64,000 bases of DNA, from assembly GCA_034226945.1 (NCBI GenBank), contig CP120454.1, forward strand, positions 930,001 through 994,000. Direction: 5' to 3'. This document shows, piece by piece, positions 44,578 to 55,295 of the stretch. The stretch is from Picochlorum sp. SENEW3. Taxonomy: Eukaryota. Under the pieces are notes generated by a model, which saw only the letters and a list, made by a program, of their open reading frames with translations, did not search any database and was not told where the DNA came from. The translations under genes were made by a program, and so were the position numbers. How positions within the stretch are numbered: the stretch's first letter is position 1; the number at the start of each line of letters is the position of its first letter.

Positions 44578-45459
44578 ATGGTGCGTGTGATGCCTCCTGC
44601 TTGTTGTTGACATGATCAGTTGCTGGAGTCCGATGGACCGACTCTACTGGTATATACTGTTATTATTGGGGTATATATGTTTATTATGAATATCGCACAT
44701 GGCTACGGCTGCTGCATAGAAGGCTGTGGTGTCTTTGCCGCATACGTTGGAAGAGAGGCTTGGGCTTGACACATCATTCGTTTGTTGCAGGCACTTCCTG
44801 GACAGACAACTCCGGATGGGGTTCCTTCATTCAAGCTTGTGTTGGTTGGAGATGGTGGAACTGGAAAGACGACGTTTGTGAAGCGTCATTTGACTGGAGA
44901 GTTTGAGAAGAAGTATGAGCCCACCATTGGAGTTGAGGTGCATCCTTTGGATTTCACGACGAATAGAGGAAAGATTCGTTTCTACTGCTGGGATACCGCA
45001 GGTCAGGAAAAGTTTGGAGGGCTGCGTGATGGATATTACATCCATGGTCAGTGTGCCATCATCATGTTTGATGTGACCTCTCGTTTGACGTATAAGAATG
45101 TCCCTACATGGCATCGCGATTTGTGTCGTGTGTGCGAAAATATTCCAATTGTGTTATGCGGAAATAAAGTGGATGTGAAGAACCGTCAGGTGAAGCCAAA
45201 GCAGGTGACATTCCACAGAAAGAAGAATTTGCAGTATCATGAAATTTCAGCCAAATCCAACTATAACTATGAGAAGCCATTCTTGTATTTGGCGAGAAAG
45301 TTGGTGGGAGATCCCAACTTGCACTTTGTCGAACAGGTTGCTCTTGCACCACCAGAGGTGCAGATTGATGTCAACCAGCAAGCCGAGTATGAGAAGCAGT
45401 TGGCAGAGGCTGCTGCCATGCCTCTGCCTGATGGAGATGACGACGAACTCGTCGAATAA
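44578..45459 (+). CDS. RAN: Ran GTPase; ATG-only first coding exon 44578-44580, intron 44581-44790, exon 44791-45459
   Basis: [51 protein letters not shown], acidic tail; the ORF lacks its own ATG and is preceded by a TTGCAG acceptor. Confidence 0.96.
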
Positions 45460-45493
45460 ACTCTTTCAAATTATGGCACATTATTTTATCTTG

Positions 45494-46426
45494 TCAATAT
45501 GACTTGTAAGCGATCACTGCATAGAAAGGGTCACGCGATGTGCCCAACCCTCGTGAGAGTGGTTCAAATATTCGTTCTATTTGCATTTGAAGAGGGAGCT
45601 TGTTTTGAGTCCGCGTCGCTGGTTGTACCTGTGTCGGAGGCAAAAATCCATCTATACTTGTGAAATATTGCTTGACGAGTTGCACTCGCCCATAGTCATT
45701 TGTTTGGCGCCAGTATTGAATAGCCTTTTCCCAAAACATTCTGTTTGTAAAGCTGATAACACACACGCCGCCAGGCTTTAACACTCTATGGATTTCAGCA
45801 AACACTTTTTCTGGCTGCTGAAAGTATTGTACAGAGCAACAGCAAAGAGCAGCATCCACACTCTCTGATGCTAATGCCCACCCAGATGGATCTTTGTTCA
45901 GGTCTCTGACAAAGAAACGACTCAAACAAGGGTTTTTACTCAGTTCTTCTGCGTTCATACCATGCCCAATGATTGTATGTTTTGGTGTGGATATTTCAGG
46001 GGGGAGATGGCTGACAAATGATGAACCAATATCCAGAATGACAATATCATCATTGTCAACAGCCTCACTGCCACGGCAATTGATCTTATTCAAGTCCCCT
46101 AGGTACTCGCTGTATATTGATTGTAAATCCTCTCTGAAGTGAGTATCACAATGGTTTACCAAGCGTGGGATGGAATAAAATTGACGGTCGTCATCCTTGT
46201 TTATCTTGTCTCGTTCCAACCCAACCAGTACCTGCCTCAGTATCACACGTTGCTGCTCCTCTTCCCCTGCAGATGTTCTTCTGTCCTCTAAAGATTGACA
46301 TGAGACTATATATGGTTTCTGATGACTCCAAGACTGCTTGTTTGGAAATGTAGGGCCAATGCGAAAGGTGTCGAGGGAGCTCCTCCTCCACTGTGAAACT
46401 GTGTCTTTCAGACCAGCAACCTTCAT
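45494..46426 (-). CDS. Class I SAM-dependent methyltransferase, probably plastid-targeted
   Basis: DDRQFYSIPRLVNHCD, ILDIGSSFVSHLP, GHGMNAEEL, SVQY, RVLKPGG..ISFTNRMF, DPFYAV. Confidence 0.85.
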   Translation of the reverse strand: MKVAGLKDTVSQWRRSSLDTFRIGPTFPNKQSWSHQKPYIVSCQSLEDRRTSAGEEEQQRVILRQVLVGLERDKINKDDDRQFYSIPRLVNHCDTHFREDLQSIYSEYLGDLNKINCRGSEAVDNDDIVILDIGSSFVSHLPPEISTPKHTIIGHGMNAEELSKNPCLSRFFVRDLNKDPSGWALASESVDAALCCCSVQYFQQPEKVFAEIHRVLKPGGVCVISFTNRMFWEKAIQYWRQTNDYGRVQLVKQYFTSIDGFLPPTQVQPATRTQNKLPLQMQIERIFEPLSRGLGTSRDPFYAVIAYKSY

Positions 46427-46702
46427 TCTCCTGGATCCAATCCTCTCATGAGCAGATGCCGATTATCTTGTATGCCTTTTTTGGTCGATTTTAAACAATG
46501 GAATGAGGCCGTACCTGAGAATTGGGATGGTGTATGAGCATGGCCGAGAGGTTTTACACGCACCTCCTCTAGAGGTGATCCTGCGTCCATGGGACTGAGC
46601 ATCCAGCCTTCTCTTGATTGATTTCAAGATTTCAGGGAGATGGGCGGTCGATTGAATTGAATATAATTATTTTCTCTTTCATTTACACGTCATTATCACA
46701 AC

Positions 46703-47617
46703 ATGAAGGTGATTGTTTCACATTCGCGGCTTTCTGTTGTCGCACCAAGAGGACGACATGCGGCCAGAGGAAGCCCTGCATTGGTGCTTGGAGGTCATAA
46801 TGCGTCACAATATTGGCATAAAAGACACTCAGATAGATATTTAATGGCAATGCGCGCACAGGTATGTTTGTATATGCTCAAATCCACGTGGCCGTATCTA
46901 GAAGCCTGCAACTAGTGTTTCGTGTTGCAGGAGGAGGAAGTTGAAGAGGAGATTAATGAAAGCGAGAATGAGACGGAATCAGATACAGAAGTCATGTCAA
47001 TGGCTGCATCTTTGATTGAGCGCGCTCAGGAAGTTGCATCCAGTGGTGTTGTGGATGAAGATTTCAAGCAAGTGTTTGTGGAGGAGTTGCAGCAGGAGCT
47101 CGAATCGCTCAGGACACGCGCAGAATCGGCTGAGAAGGCAGCAACAGCGTTTGAAGATACTCTTAAGAATACAAAAGATCAGTTTGTGCGTTTGACGGCC
47201 GACTTTGAGAATTTTAGGAAGAGGAGTCAGGCAGCGCAGGATGCACTCAAGAACTCTGTCAAGGGAGATGCGCTTCTGGAACTTTTGCCACTCGTGGATA
47301 ATTTCGAGCTGGCAAAGCAGCAATTAAAAATTGAAACTGAAGGTGAGCAGAAAATAGATGATGCGTACCAGGGGTTGTATAAACAGATGGTTGAACTTTT
47401 CAGAGGACTGGGGTTGGAGGCTGTGCCAGGAGTGGGATCCCCATTCGATCCAGAAGTTCATGAAGCTATTATGCGCGAGCATTCTGATGAATTTGATGAG
47501 GGTGTTGTTATGGAAGAATTTAGAAAAGGATTCCAATTCAAGGAGAGGCTGTTGAGACCAGCCATGGTGAAGGTTGCATACAAGGAAGATGCTCCTGCCA
47601 ATTCCGATGAAGAGTAA
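46703..47617 (+). CDS. grpE: GrpE nucleotide exchange factor, plastid-type; exons 46703-46861 and 46931-47617
   Basis: RLTADFENFRKR, LLPLVDNFE, FDPEVHEA, RLLRPAMVKV; transit peptide on exon 1; in-frame intron 46862-46930. Confidence 0.94.
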
Positions 47618-47691
47618 TTCAAAACAAAATCTTGCACGTTGATTGCGATCGAAACTGTATTCTATGTGTCGTGTGACAAAAAGACTGCATT

Positions 47692-49077
47692 CTATGATTC
47701 CGTGGCCGTAATATTGTCCTTGGCGCGAAACCTACGGCCCTTCACCCATTCCAAATTTTCTCCTGCGTATGAAACCAATGGCGAAATTTCTATTCCCCCT
47801 TCACCTTCAATAATACCATCCTGACGCGTTACCCATGACTCGTGAAGTGCAAGGACATGTTCACGCGCAGTATCTGGGCTGTCCGTTTCCGAACCAGGTG
47901 CATTCTTGACTGGACTAAACTCCTCCTCCCTCTTCACTTCCATCAAGCCCCAATTCGTCGCCATTGGGAAGGTGTCAAATATGAATAATTCAAGCTTGAT
48001 ACCAGGCACCTTGGTATCAAACGAGGGAATCTTCTTCTTTGCTATGTGATATGATCCACCTTTAGAGAGTTTCGAAGAGACTCGTGCCAACCACTCCCGC
48101 TCAAAGTAATGGAGACAAATGTTGCTCCAATTATACTTCAAAACACCAGATTGGGGGTCACTAGCACTTGCTTCTAATGGATCAAGCTCCGAGTATTCCA
48201 CGACATGCAACTTACCACCCTTCTGAGCAAAGACCCCTACTTTTTCCTCTGGATACGACTTTGCCACAACGCGTGCTCCACACTCAATCCCAGAGGTTTT
48301 ACAATAGCCAGCAAAAACGGGGTCACCTAGGCGAACCAGAATATTATCAACACTACAGCAATCCAGCGCTTCAACTCCGTGTTTTTTCATATCCTCGAAT
48401 ATGCCATGCTTCTCAAGAGCCACATACACGCCACCATTTCCATCAGGTGACATGGCAATCTTTCCCTTACTTTCCATGATAATTTTGCCTTCTTCCGTCA
48501 CAGCTGGCAACATACCTTGGCTAAAAAATACAATTTGATCTTTTTTCAATCCAAAATACCGGTTCGCTTCGAAAAATTCCCGTGTATCCTTGTCAGTTGC
48601 CTGGCTTGTCATAATATACCACCGAAGAGACTTGGTATCCCCAGCCATCACCTCCAATCTCCGAATCCTCTCCGCCTGAATCTGAAACATACTTTTACCA
48701 GAAGGTAAACCAACATCGTAACACCCCTTCGGCTTGGAACTCCCCAAGCGGGTACCCTGCCCTCCTGCAAGAAGGAGCACACCCAAGGCACCCTGCGCAA
48801 TCATCTCAAGCCCCTCTCGCCTCCATTCCTCACACTTACCCCCATCAATATCTTTCTGAGATACAACACCATCCTTCAAAGGTTCAATCACCTCCCCATT
48901 CGCCGATGATGGCTCCTGATCTTTCGTACTCGTTTCAAAAATCTCATTCAATCGCTGCGGATCAACCCACTTCGCCTGTTCTATCAAATCCGCCTGCTCT
49001 TTTTCAGTAAGACTTTGAAAATGTTCAAATACATGCCCTTGGCCGCATTCCTGAAAGGTTTGCTTCAGTGCCTCCAT
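47692..49077 (-). CDS. UAP1: UDP-N-acetylglucosamine pyrophosphorylase
   Basis: LLAGGQGTRLG..PKG, WYIMTS, SPDGNGG, VDN, VVEYSE, KLELFIFDTF, FSPVKNA, EISPLVSYAGE. Confidence 0.95.
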   Translation of the reverse strand: MEALKQTFQECGQGHVFEHFQSLTEKEQADLIEQAKWVDPQRLNEIFETSTKDQEPSSANGEVIEPLKDGVVSQKDIDGGKCEEWRREGLEMIAQGALGVLLLAGGQGTRLGSSKPKGCYDVGLPSGKSMFQIQAERIRRLEVMAGDTKSLRWYIMTSQATDKDTREFFEANRYFGLKKDQIVFFSQGMLPAVTEEGKIIMESKGKIAMSPDGNGGVYVALEKHGIFEDMKKHGVEALDCCSVDNILVRLGDPVFAGYCKTSGIECGARVVAKSYPEEKVGVFAQKGGKLHVVEYSELDPLEASASDPQSGVLKYNWSNICLHYFEREWLARVSSKLSKGGSYHIAKKKIPSFDTKVPGIKLELFIFDTFPMATNWGLMEVKREEEFSPVKNAPGSETDSPDTAREHVLALHESWVTRQDGIIEGEGGIEISPLVSYAGENLEWVKGRRFRAKDNITATES

Positions 49078-49599
49078 AGTTCCACAGCGTTCAAAAATGC
49101 CAAGTCAGCCCGATCTTCCCCGATTTCCGAGTCTACTTCAAAGATGAATTGACACAGTGTTGAAAGATTGCTACATCGCCTGTGCATTGACTTTGATCTG
49201 TATGTTGGACGTAGCTGGACACAAATTTCGGTAAAATCCCGAATTCTTTGGATGAAGTTCTCGCGGTCGACAGCAATTCTCTCTATACCACATTCGAATC
49301 ACCTGTGTTGTTACATTAAAACATTTATAACAAAGTCGGATATCTTGGATGTCCTCAAAAGCGTTGTTTGTGAGATAGGTTGGTCCTTGTGACTGATACA
49401 AAAGGTTTGTCCCTCGATGTTTGAACCCATATGCTCATTCTGCTGTACATTGACACATTGTATACAAATATGTGCATATAGATCAATATTGAGTGCTAGA
49501 AGGGGGCGTGGCGGCAGGTCGAGTCGTCAGTCCGCAGTGACATTGAATTCATACCGTGTGAGTCGATAGTCATTGGATTGGGCATGTCTTTTGCATAGA

Positions 49600-52535
49600 A
49601 TGAAAGGAAGTGGAGTTGTAAAGAAAGCAGTTGGTAGGTCTAGGAAAAAGGGTGGTGTCAACGGGGTGGTGGATGGCGCTAAGCAACCCATAATGGCTGA
49701 CCGGGTGATGAAGGAGCGTTTGGCTGCCCAGGGCAACGGAGAGTCAAAAGAAAAGATGAATGATGAAAAAGGAGCATCAGTTCAGGAGGAGAAGGGCCAT
49801 GATGAGGCTGTGGAGGTGAAGAAGGACAGCAAGTCCAGTACTCCCGTGTCAGCTACCGGTACAAATAATAGTGAAGGGTCTGGGAAGAACAACGCCGATG
49901 ATGGGATTATTGTTGCGGGGAAGGAGGTTGTAGGGAGGAAGATTGCGTTGTGGTCCAAGGAAAGAATGGATTGGCCAAAGGCAGAGATTGTGAGGTTCAA
50001 GCCTTCTTTTAAACAGCATTTGGTGCGGTACTTGGATCGGGAAGAGGGGTCTGTGAAGCACAAGGAATCCTGGGTGGATTTGTCAAAGAGTCGATTCCAG
50101 TGGCTTGGTCCTGTTCCAGAGGTATGTCCTCCAAATCCATCGTATAGGAAAGCTCCAAAGCGAAAGGCAGCCATAGGGTACAAAGTAAAGGTATTTTGGC
50201 CTGGAATGGCAAAGTGGTATGTTGGGAAAGTATTGGATTATGATACAGATTCTAAAAAGCATACTGTGAAGTATAAAGATGGAGATGTTCAGCAGATCTC
50301 GCTTCGACATGAAGCAGTGCTGTATCTTGGCAAGGATGAGGAAGGGAAGGATCCATCTGGTGCGGTGGGGAAAAAGAGTGCGTCGGCGAAGAAAGAAGTG
50401 ACTAGTGGTAGACAAGATGGAAATAATGTGGCTCAGAAGAAGCGAGGTAGGCCATTCAAAACTCTGAAAGAATCTACAAAGGCTGAACAAAGAAATGAAC
50501 AGCAAGCGCCCAAAAAGAGCAAGCAAGTCGATTCGTCAAAGCAGCTGAAGGAATATCAACGCATACATAGTTTGAATCGAGAGATTGTGGGGGCTCGGGT
50601 TGCCATATTTTGGAGTGGAGAGGGTACATACTTCAAGGTACGTTGCTGTGTGATGATGTCATATATATGCAGGCACTTCATGACACGATTGCTTGGTACG
50701 TGTAGGGTAAAATTGAGAAATATAATCCAAATGAAGATACACATTTGATATTCTACGATGACGGCGAGGTCGAATGGGTGAATTTGGCGACCAGCGAGTT
50801 TCGCTACCTCACACCCCGCACAAGATCCACTGGTTGCAGCAAGGAATTCTTGAAAGCAATGGAAAACTTACGAGCAGAGCAGTATAAAACTTCTGAGGAG
50901 ATTGAAAACTATTCTGGAATGAAAGGGAGTGTGAAACCCGTTGAAACTATATCGCGGAGAGCCCCAGTCAAGGAGGCATGTGTATCTTGGCGATTGTCTA
51001 TTCGAGGTGCGGACAAGAAGTGGTATTTGGGCGAAGTCATCTCCTATCAGCGAGAATCGGACCTTCATTTGGTTTTATATGACGATGGAGAGCATGAAAG
51101 ACTCCACTTACCAAGCGAGCTGATAGCATGGCATTGCTTGGCAAAGGATAGGAAGACTCCAGTATTCCCAGGTAAGCACAAATCTGTCGACGTTCCTGTG
51201 GGCACAAAGGCTATTGGCTGGCGCATTGCTGTCTACTGGCCAATTGAGGACGAGTTTTTCCATGGGGAAATAGTTGCATTTGATCCTGAAGAGGAGACGT
51301 ATGAAGTGAACTATGATGATGGAGATGAAACTATCATCACCCTCGCTGATGACAAGGTCAAATGGCTCTTCCCACCTGGAGTGAAATATGATAGAAAAGC
51401 AATATTGGAAAGGATGGAGACAAAGATGTACGACGAGTCAGACAATGATTCAGATGAAAAGTTCATTGTCAATAACATCTCCAGGACACAGGCAACAAAG
51501 AGGGGTGGTAAGAGAGGTCGGCCGAATACCTCTAGCATTCGGCGAAAATCTTCAGGGACAAAAGATTTCATGAATAAGCGATCGATGCCAATGCATGATA
51601 GCGGCAGAAGAGATGTGAGATTTATAGTCAGTGAGAAGCAGGACTTCCCTGTTGAGCCCACCTTTGTCAGAAATATCACATCAACGCCATCGTTTCCTGG
51701 TCTGGAAAAGAAAACCGATGAATCACCGTATCAGTGTGCTATTTCCGTGAAGATTTACTTGTCAGACTCATGTAGGATGGGCTCTGACAAAGGAAATAAC
51801 CTTGATGAAAGATGTGGCACACTGAATGATATCAACAAAATGATGAGAAGGGTACAACGAGCAGAGGAATCGCTTATGAAAGGGATTCCAACCTATCTTC
51901 CATCAAAATTGATTGAGCCAAACAAGCAAATGAATCTGACTGGAAACAAGAGAAATAGCATTGGCAGCCCAAGGTCCAAAATGATTGTGAGGCGAAAGGT
52001 AGGCGCCTTCCAGCCAATACTTGTCGATGATGACAGCGAATCGGATAATCTCAACAACTCGAGAGGAAATTTCACACCAAAGTACTCGCGTTTCCGACGC
52101 AGCAATCCATATATGCCATTAACAGCATCTATTCCAAAACTTCCTCCAGAATCAAGCAGTGGCTCATCATCTGACGAAGATGGCCTCAGTGACCTCGAAA
52201 AACAGCAGGTGTATAGGCCATTTATACAACCAGGAGGAAAAGTAAAGCCACAGGCACATGAAGCGTGCATTTTCCCAGACAGTGAAAGCATTGTCCCTCC
52301 CAAATCACCAGAGGAACCCAGAATGGTAGCGCCAGACCATGCATTGGAACCTATAGAATCTCCATTTGGAGGTCCACCAGTAGCCCCTCAGCTGTTTGGG
52401 GATGAGGCAGATCTTGGTTTATCTCCCAACCCCTTGGAGCCTTCAGAGTCCATGGGAAATCTCCTTGGCATGTCTCGAAACAGCTCTGGTGCATTATTGC
52501 TAACCCAACCCCTCCAAAACGATTTTCGATTATAA
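49600..52535 (+). CDS. Multi-Tudor (5 domains) chromatin protein with two AT-hook-like motifs; exons 49600-50637 and 50706-52535
   Basis: Five G-R/K-V-x-V-x-W...G-x-I/V...H-x-V-x-Y-D-D-G-like repeats; KKRGRP and KRGRP; in-frame intron 50638-50705. An additional upstream exon is possible. Confidence 0.8.
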
Positions 52536-52599
52536 TAATACGTCGTATGCGTGTAAACAACAGCACTAGCACTCTTAGGTTACAAATAGGCCAGTCAGG

Positions 52600-53388
52600 A
52601 TGGGCTTTCGCTTCAAACAGGTATGCTTGATTAGTTGGCATACACCAGCTCAGTGCCATTAATTAACATCTTTGTATTGTATATATAGTATAAAAGCGAG
52701 CTAGAGATCGATACGGTGCGTCATTAGTAGTAATGGTATCCTCCTCAGAGTGACTCATGTGAACCACATGGAAGAATGCGCGTCTGTCAACGAGGAATAC
52801 CCCACGCCATCCGATATGTGACTCATCCATATCAAATATGCAGGTTATGAAATTGATCGATGAGGAACTCAGTGAGCCATACTCGATATTCACCTACAGA
52901 TACTTTTTGAGCCAGTGGCCATTCCTCTGCCATTTGGCCATCTCAGACACAGACGAGGCATTCGGATGCATCATTGGGAAAATGGATCGACACAGAAATG
53001 GTCGAATGCGAGGGTATATTGGCATGCTGACGGTAAAGAAGGAATACAGGCATCTTGGAGTAGGTATGTCCCAATACTGCTGTACATGTCCCATGATGAT
53101 GATGATGCACATGTATGTATATATACAGGGAGTACATTAGTCAAAGAATGTATAGCAGAAATGATCAAACGAGGCTGCGAAGAAATAGTACTAGAGGCCG
53201 AGGCCACAAATATGGGGGCCCTCAGGCTTTACCAGAACCTAGGCTTCATTCGAGACAAACGCCTTCGGCGGTATTACTTGAACGGAAACGATGCATATCG
53301 GCTCAAACTACTCATACCACCATCCACGCACGTTGACAGCCCGAGAGTAGACGATGTGACCAATAGATTGGCAGGCATGATGACATGA
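52600..53388 (+). CDS. NAA30: N-alpha-acetyltransferase 30 (NatC catalytic subunit, Mak3); exons 52600-52620, 52689-52715, 52844-53063, 53129-53388
   Basis: Spliced: [72 protein letters not shown]. Confidence 0.9.
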
Positions 53389-53415
53389 TGATGATGATGA
53401 TTCAGTCAACCATCC

Positions 53416-53953
53416 TCATGACTGCTTCCCTGGTTGCGTTAGCATCCATGCTGCAAAACATGCTGGTGGAAATGCAATTATTGATACTGCTATGAATCCA
53501 TCTGGATGAAAAGGAAGTGAGATGATGAGCGATCCATACTTGATGACAGCTCCTCCTACACACCAACCAGGAAGATTATTATTAGAATGCATCACCATGG
53601 TATCCTATAAGAAGAAGAAGCAGCGCCTTATCATATCGTACCTACGACTGACACAGTAAATAGCTTTGCTAGATATGAAAGAGTATCGTCGACCTCCGAG
53701 GCATCGCGTTGAGGCACATTATCGCCTTGTTCTTCTCCCAGAGCTGCAGGCTTTGTTTGGTATGACTTGAATCTGGGCCTCTGTCCTGCGTCATCAGAGA
53801 TGCACATGCTTTCCATAAAAACATACAATCAGATTATGTAATTCTATAGATAAAGAGAGTACCTGGTCTGTTCAAACGTTGGTTGATTGGACCGCTCCAA
53901 CATCTTCCAACCGGAAATTGCCTCCTTACTATACTACAGCAATGCAACTGCAT
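53416..53953 (-). CDS. Small uncharacterised (probably plastid) membrane protein; exons 53953-53863, 53785-53642, 53555-53416
   Basis: Two phase-compatible GT-AG introns give a transit-peptide-like N-terminus followed by YLAKLFTVSVVGGAVIKYGSL and a second TM segment. Confidence 0.6.
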
Positions 53954-54071
53954 TCTCTTCTATGTATTACAGAGACAAAAAAATATCAAAAAAATACCAC
54001 AATCATCCACAGTCGAGGCTTCTTCTTTACAATGCTTGATGTTTGAAATCCCCAATCACCTTGGAGATTCC

Positions 54072-54750
54072 TCAGTGAGCATTGACATACTTGATGCGGG
54101 ATGGATGCTGATCAATCTCTGATGTGCGATTATACGGTGTCCAGACAGGCTCACCAACAAACAGCCTGAGAGCTTTGATGTAGTTGCCTTGATCCAATGT
54201 AAATCTGTGATAAATCCCTTCTGGCAGGACAATCAAGTCTCCTGGTTTGCACGATATTCTAATCCATTGATCATTCCCATCTCGTACATCAAAATATCCA
54301 CTTCCATCTATAACGTATCGAATCTCTTCATCGGTATGGATGTGTTCCTCATAAAAGGCCTTGATCTTTTCATCATATCCTGGGAGGGTATCTGGTGAGA
54401 TATCAACAGTATCCTCGTACGAGTATCCTCTCACTTTGCGGATAGCCTTGAGTTTTGGATCTTCTGGGTACGATGAAGGGTCCATGCTCCAGTACAAGAC
54501 ACCCAAAGACTGCAAGGTTTCTAAAGAGCAGGGTTTGTTTGGAGACTGCTTGTGTTCCAATCTTTGGTCTGTGGATGTATCGTCATCCATATACCATGCT
54601 TCGATAGAAGCAGTTGATGGGTTTTCAGGCTGCAAATATTCCATGCATGGCGTTGGAAATGACTGTTGTGTTTTTGTTCCATCAATCTCATACAACGCAT
54701 ACCTGTGCCAATGCGGCCTCCTGCTCGGTTATCTGCATAGAATCGGTCAT
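54072..54750 (-). CDS. ARD: Acireductone dioxygenase (MtnD/ADI1); exons 54750-54703 and 54629-54072
   Basis: [69 protein letters not shown]. Confidence 0.96.
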
Positions 54751-55295
54751 TGTCGTTGTTTACTTTTCTTTATAAAAAAATATGCATGGATGTGGCTGGC
54801 TCGTCACCAGGACTGGGTCGTTATTACCATTGTTTTATATTTTTTAAGGAACTTGGGTCTGCTGACGTGGAAGACCGGGTTCTTCTCGTTCCCTGGCGTA
54901 TGTGTTAGATCGAGAACGAGATTCACGAGGAGTAAGCAACAACAATAGCGTATCGCGTTGTTGTGTCCAAGGGCGTTCGGTGGGTCGTGAGCCGTTCAGA
55001 TCAGAGAATGATGGCAAGGCAGTACTGCCAGATGGTTCGTCCCCCCATCTGGATCTACTTGCCCCTCTGCCGATCTGGAGGCGATGATGCATTCAAATGT
55101 CTTGGGCTTTCTCTGGATTCCAGCAGTTCTAAATATCATAAAATACCATATAGAAGATATTGCGCTACTACGGATCGCATAGTAACGTCACGAGTTTGTG
55201 TAACGTGGGTCTGAACTGTCTTCCTGACAACCGCCGCGGACTCGAGTTAAAGTGTGGGACGATCTGACACTGCATTGCTGGATCTGCTTTACAAG

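Noticed and set aside
53093..53401. (GAT)n microsatellites at ~53093 and ~53385; also (TCT)n at ~63705
   Set aside because: Short simple repeats of no evident significance.
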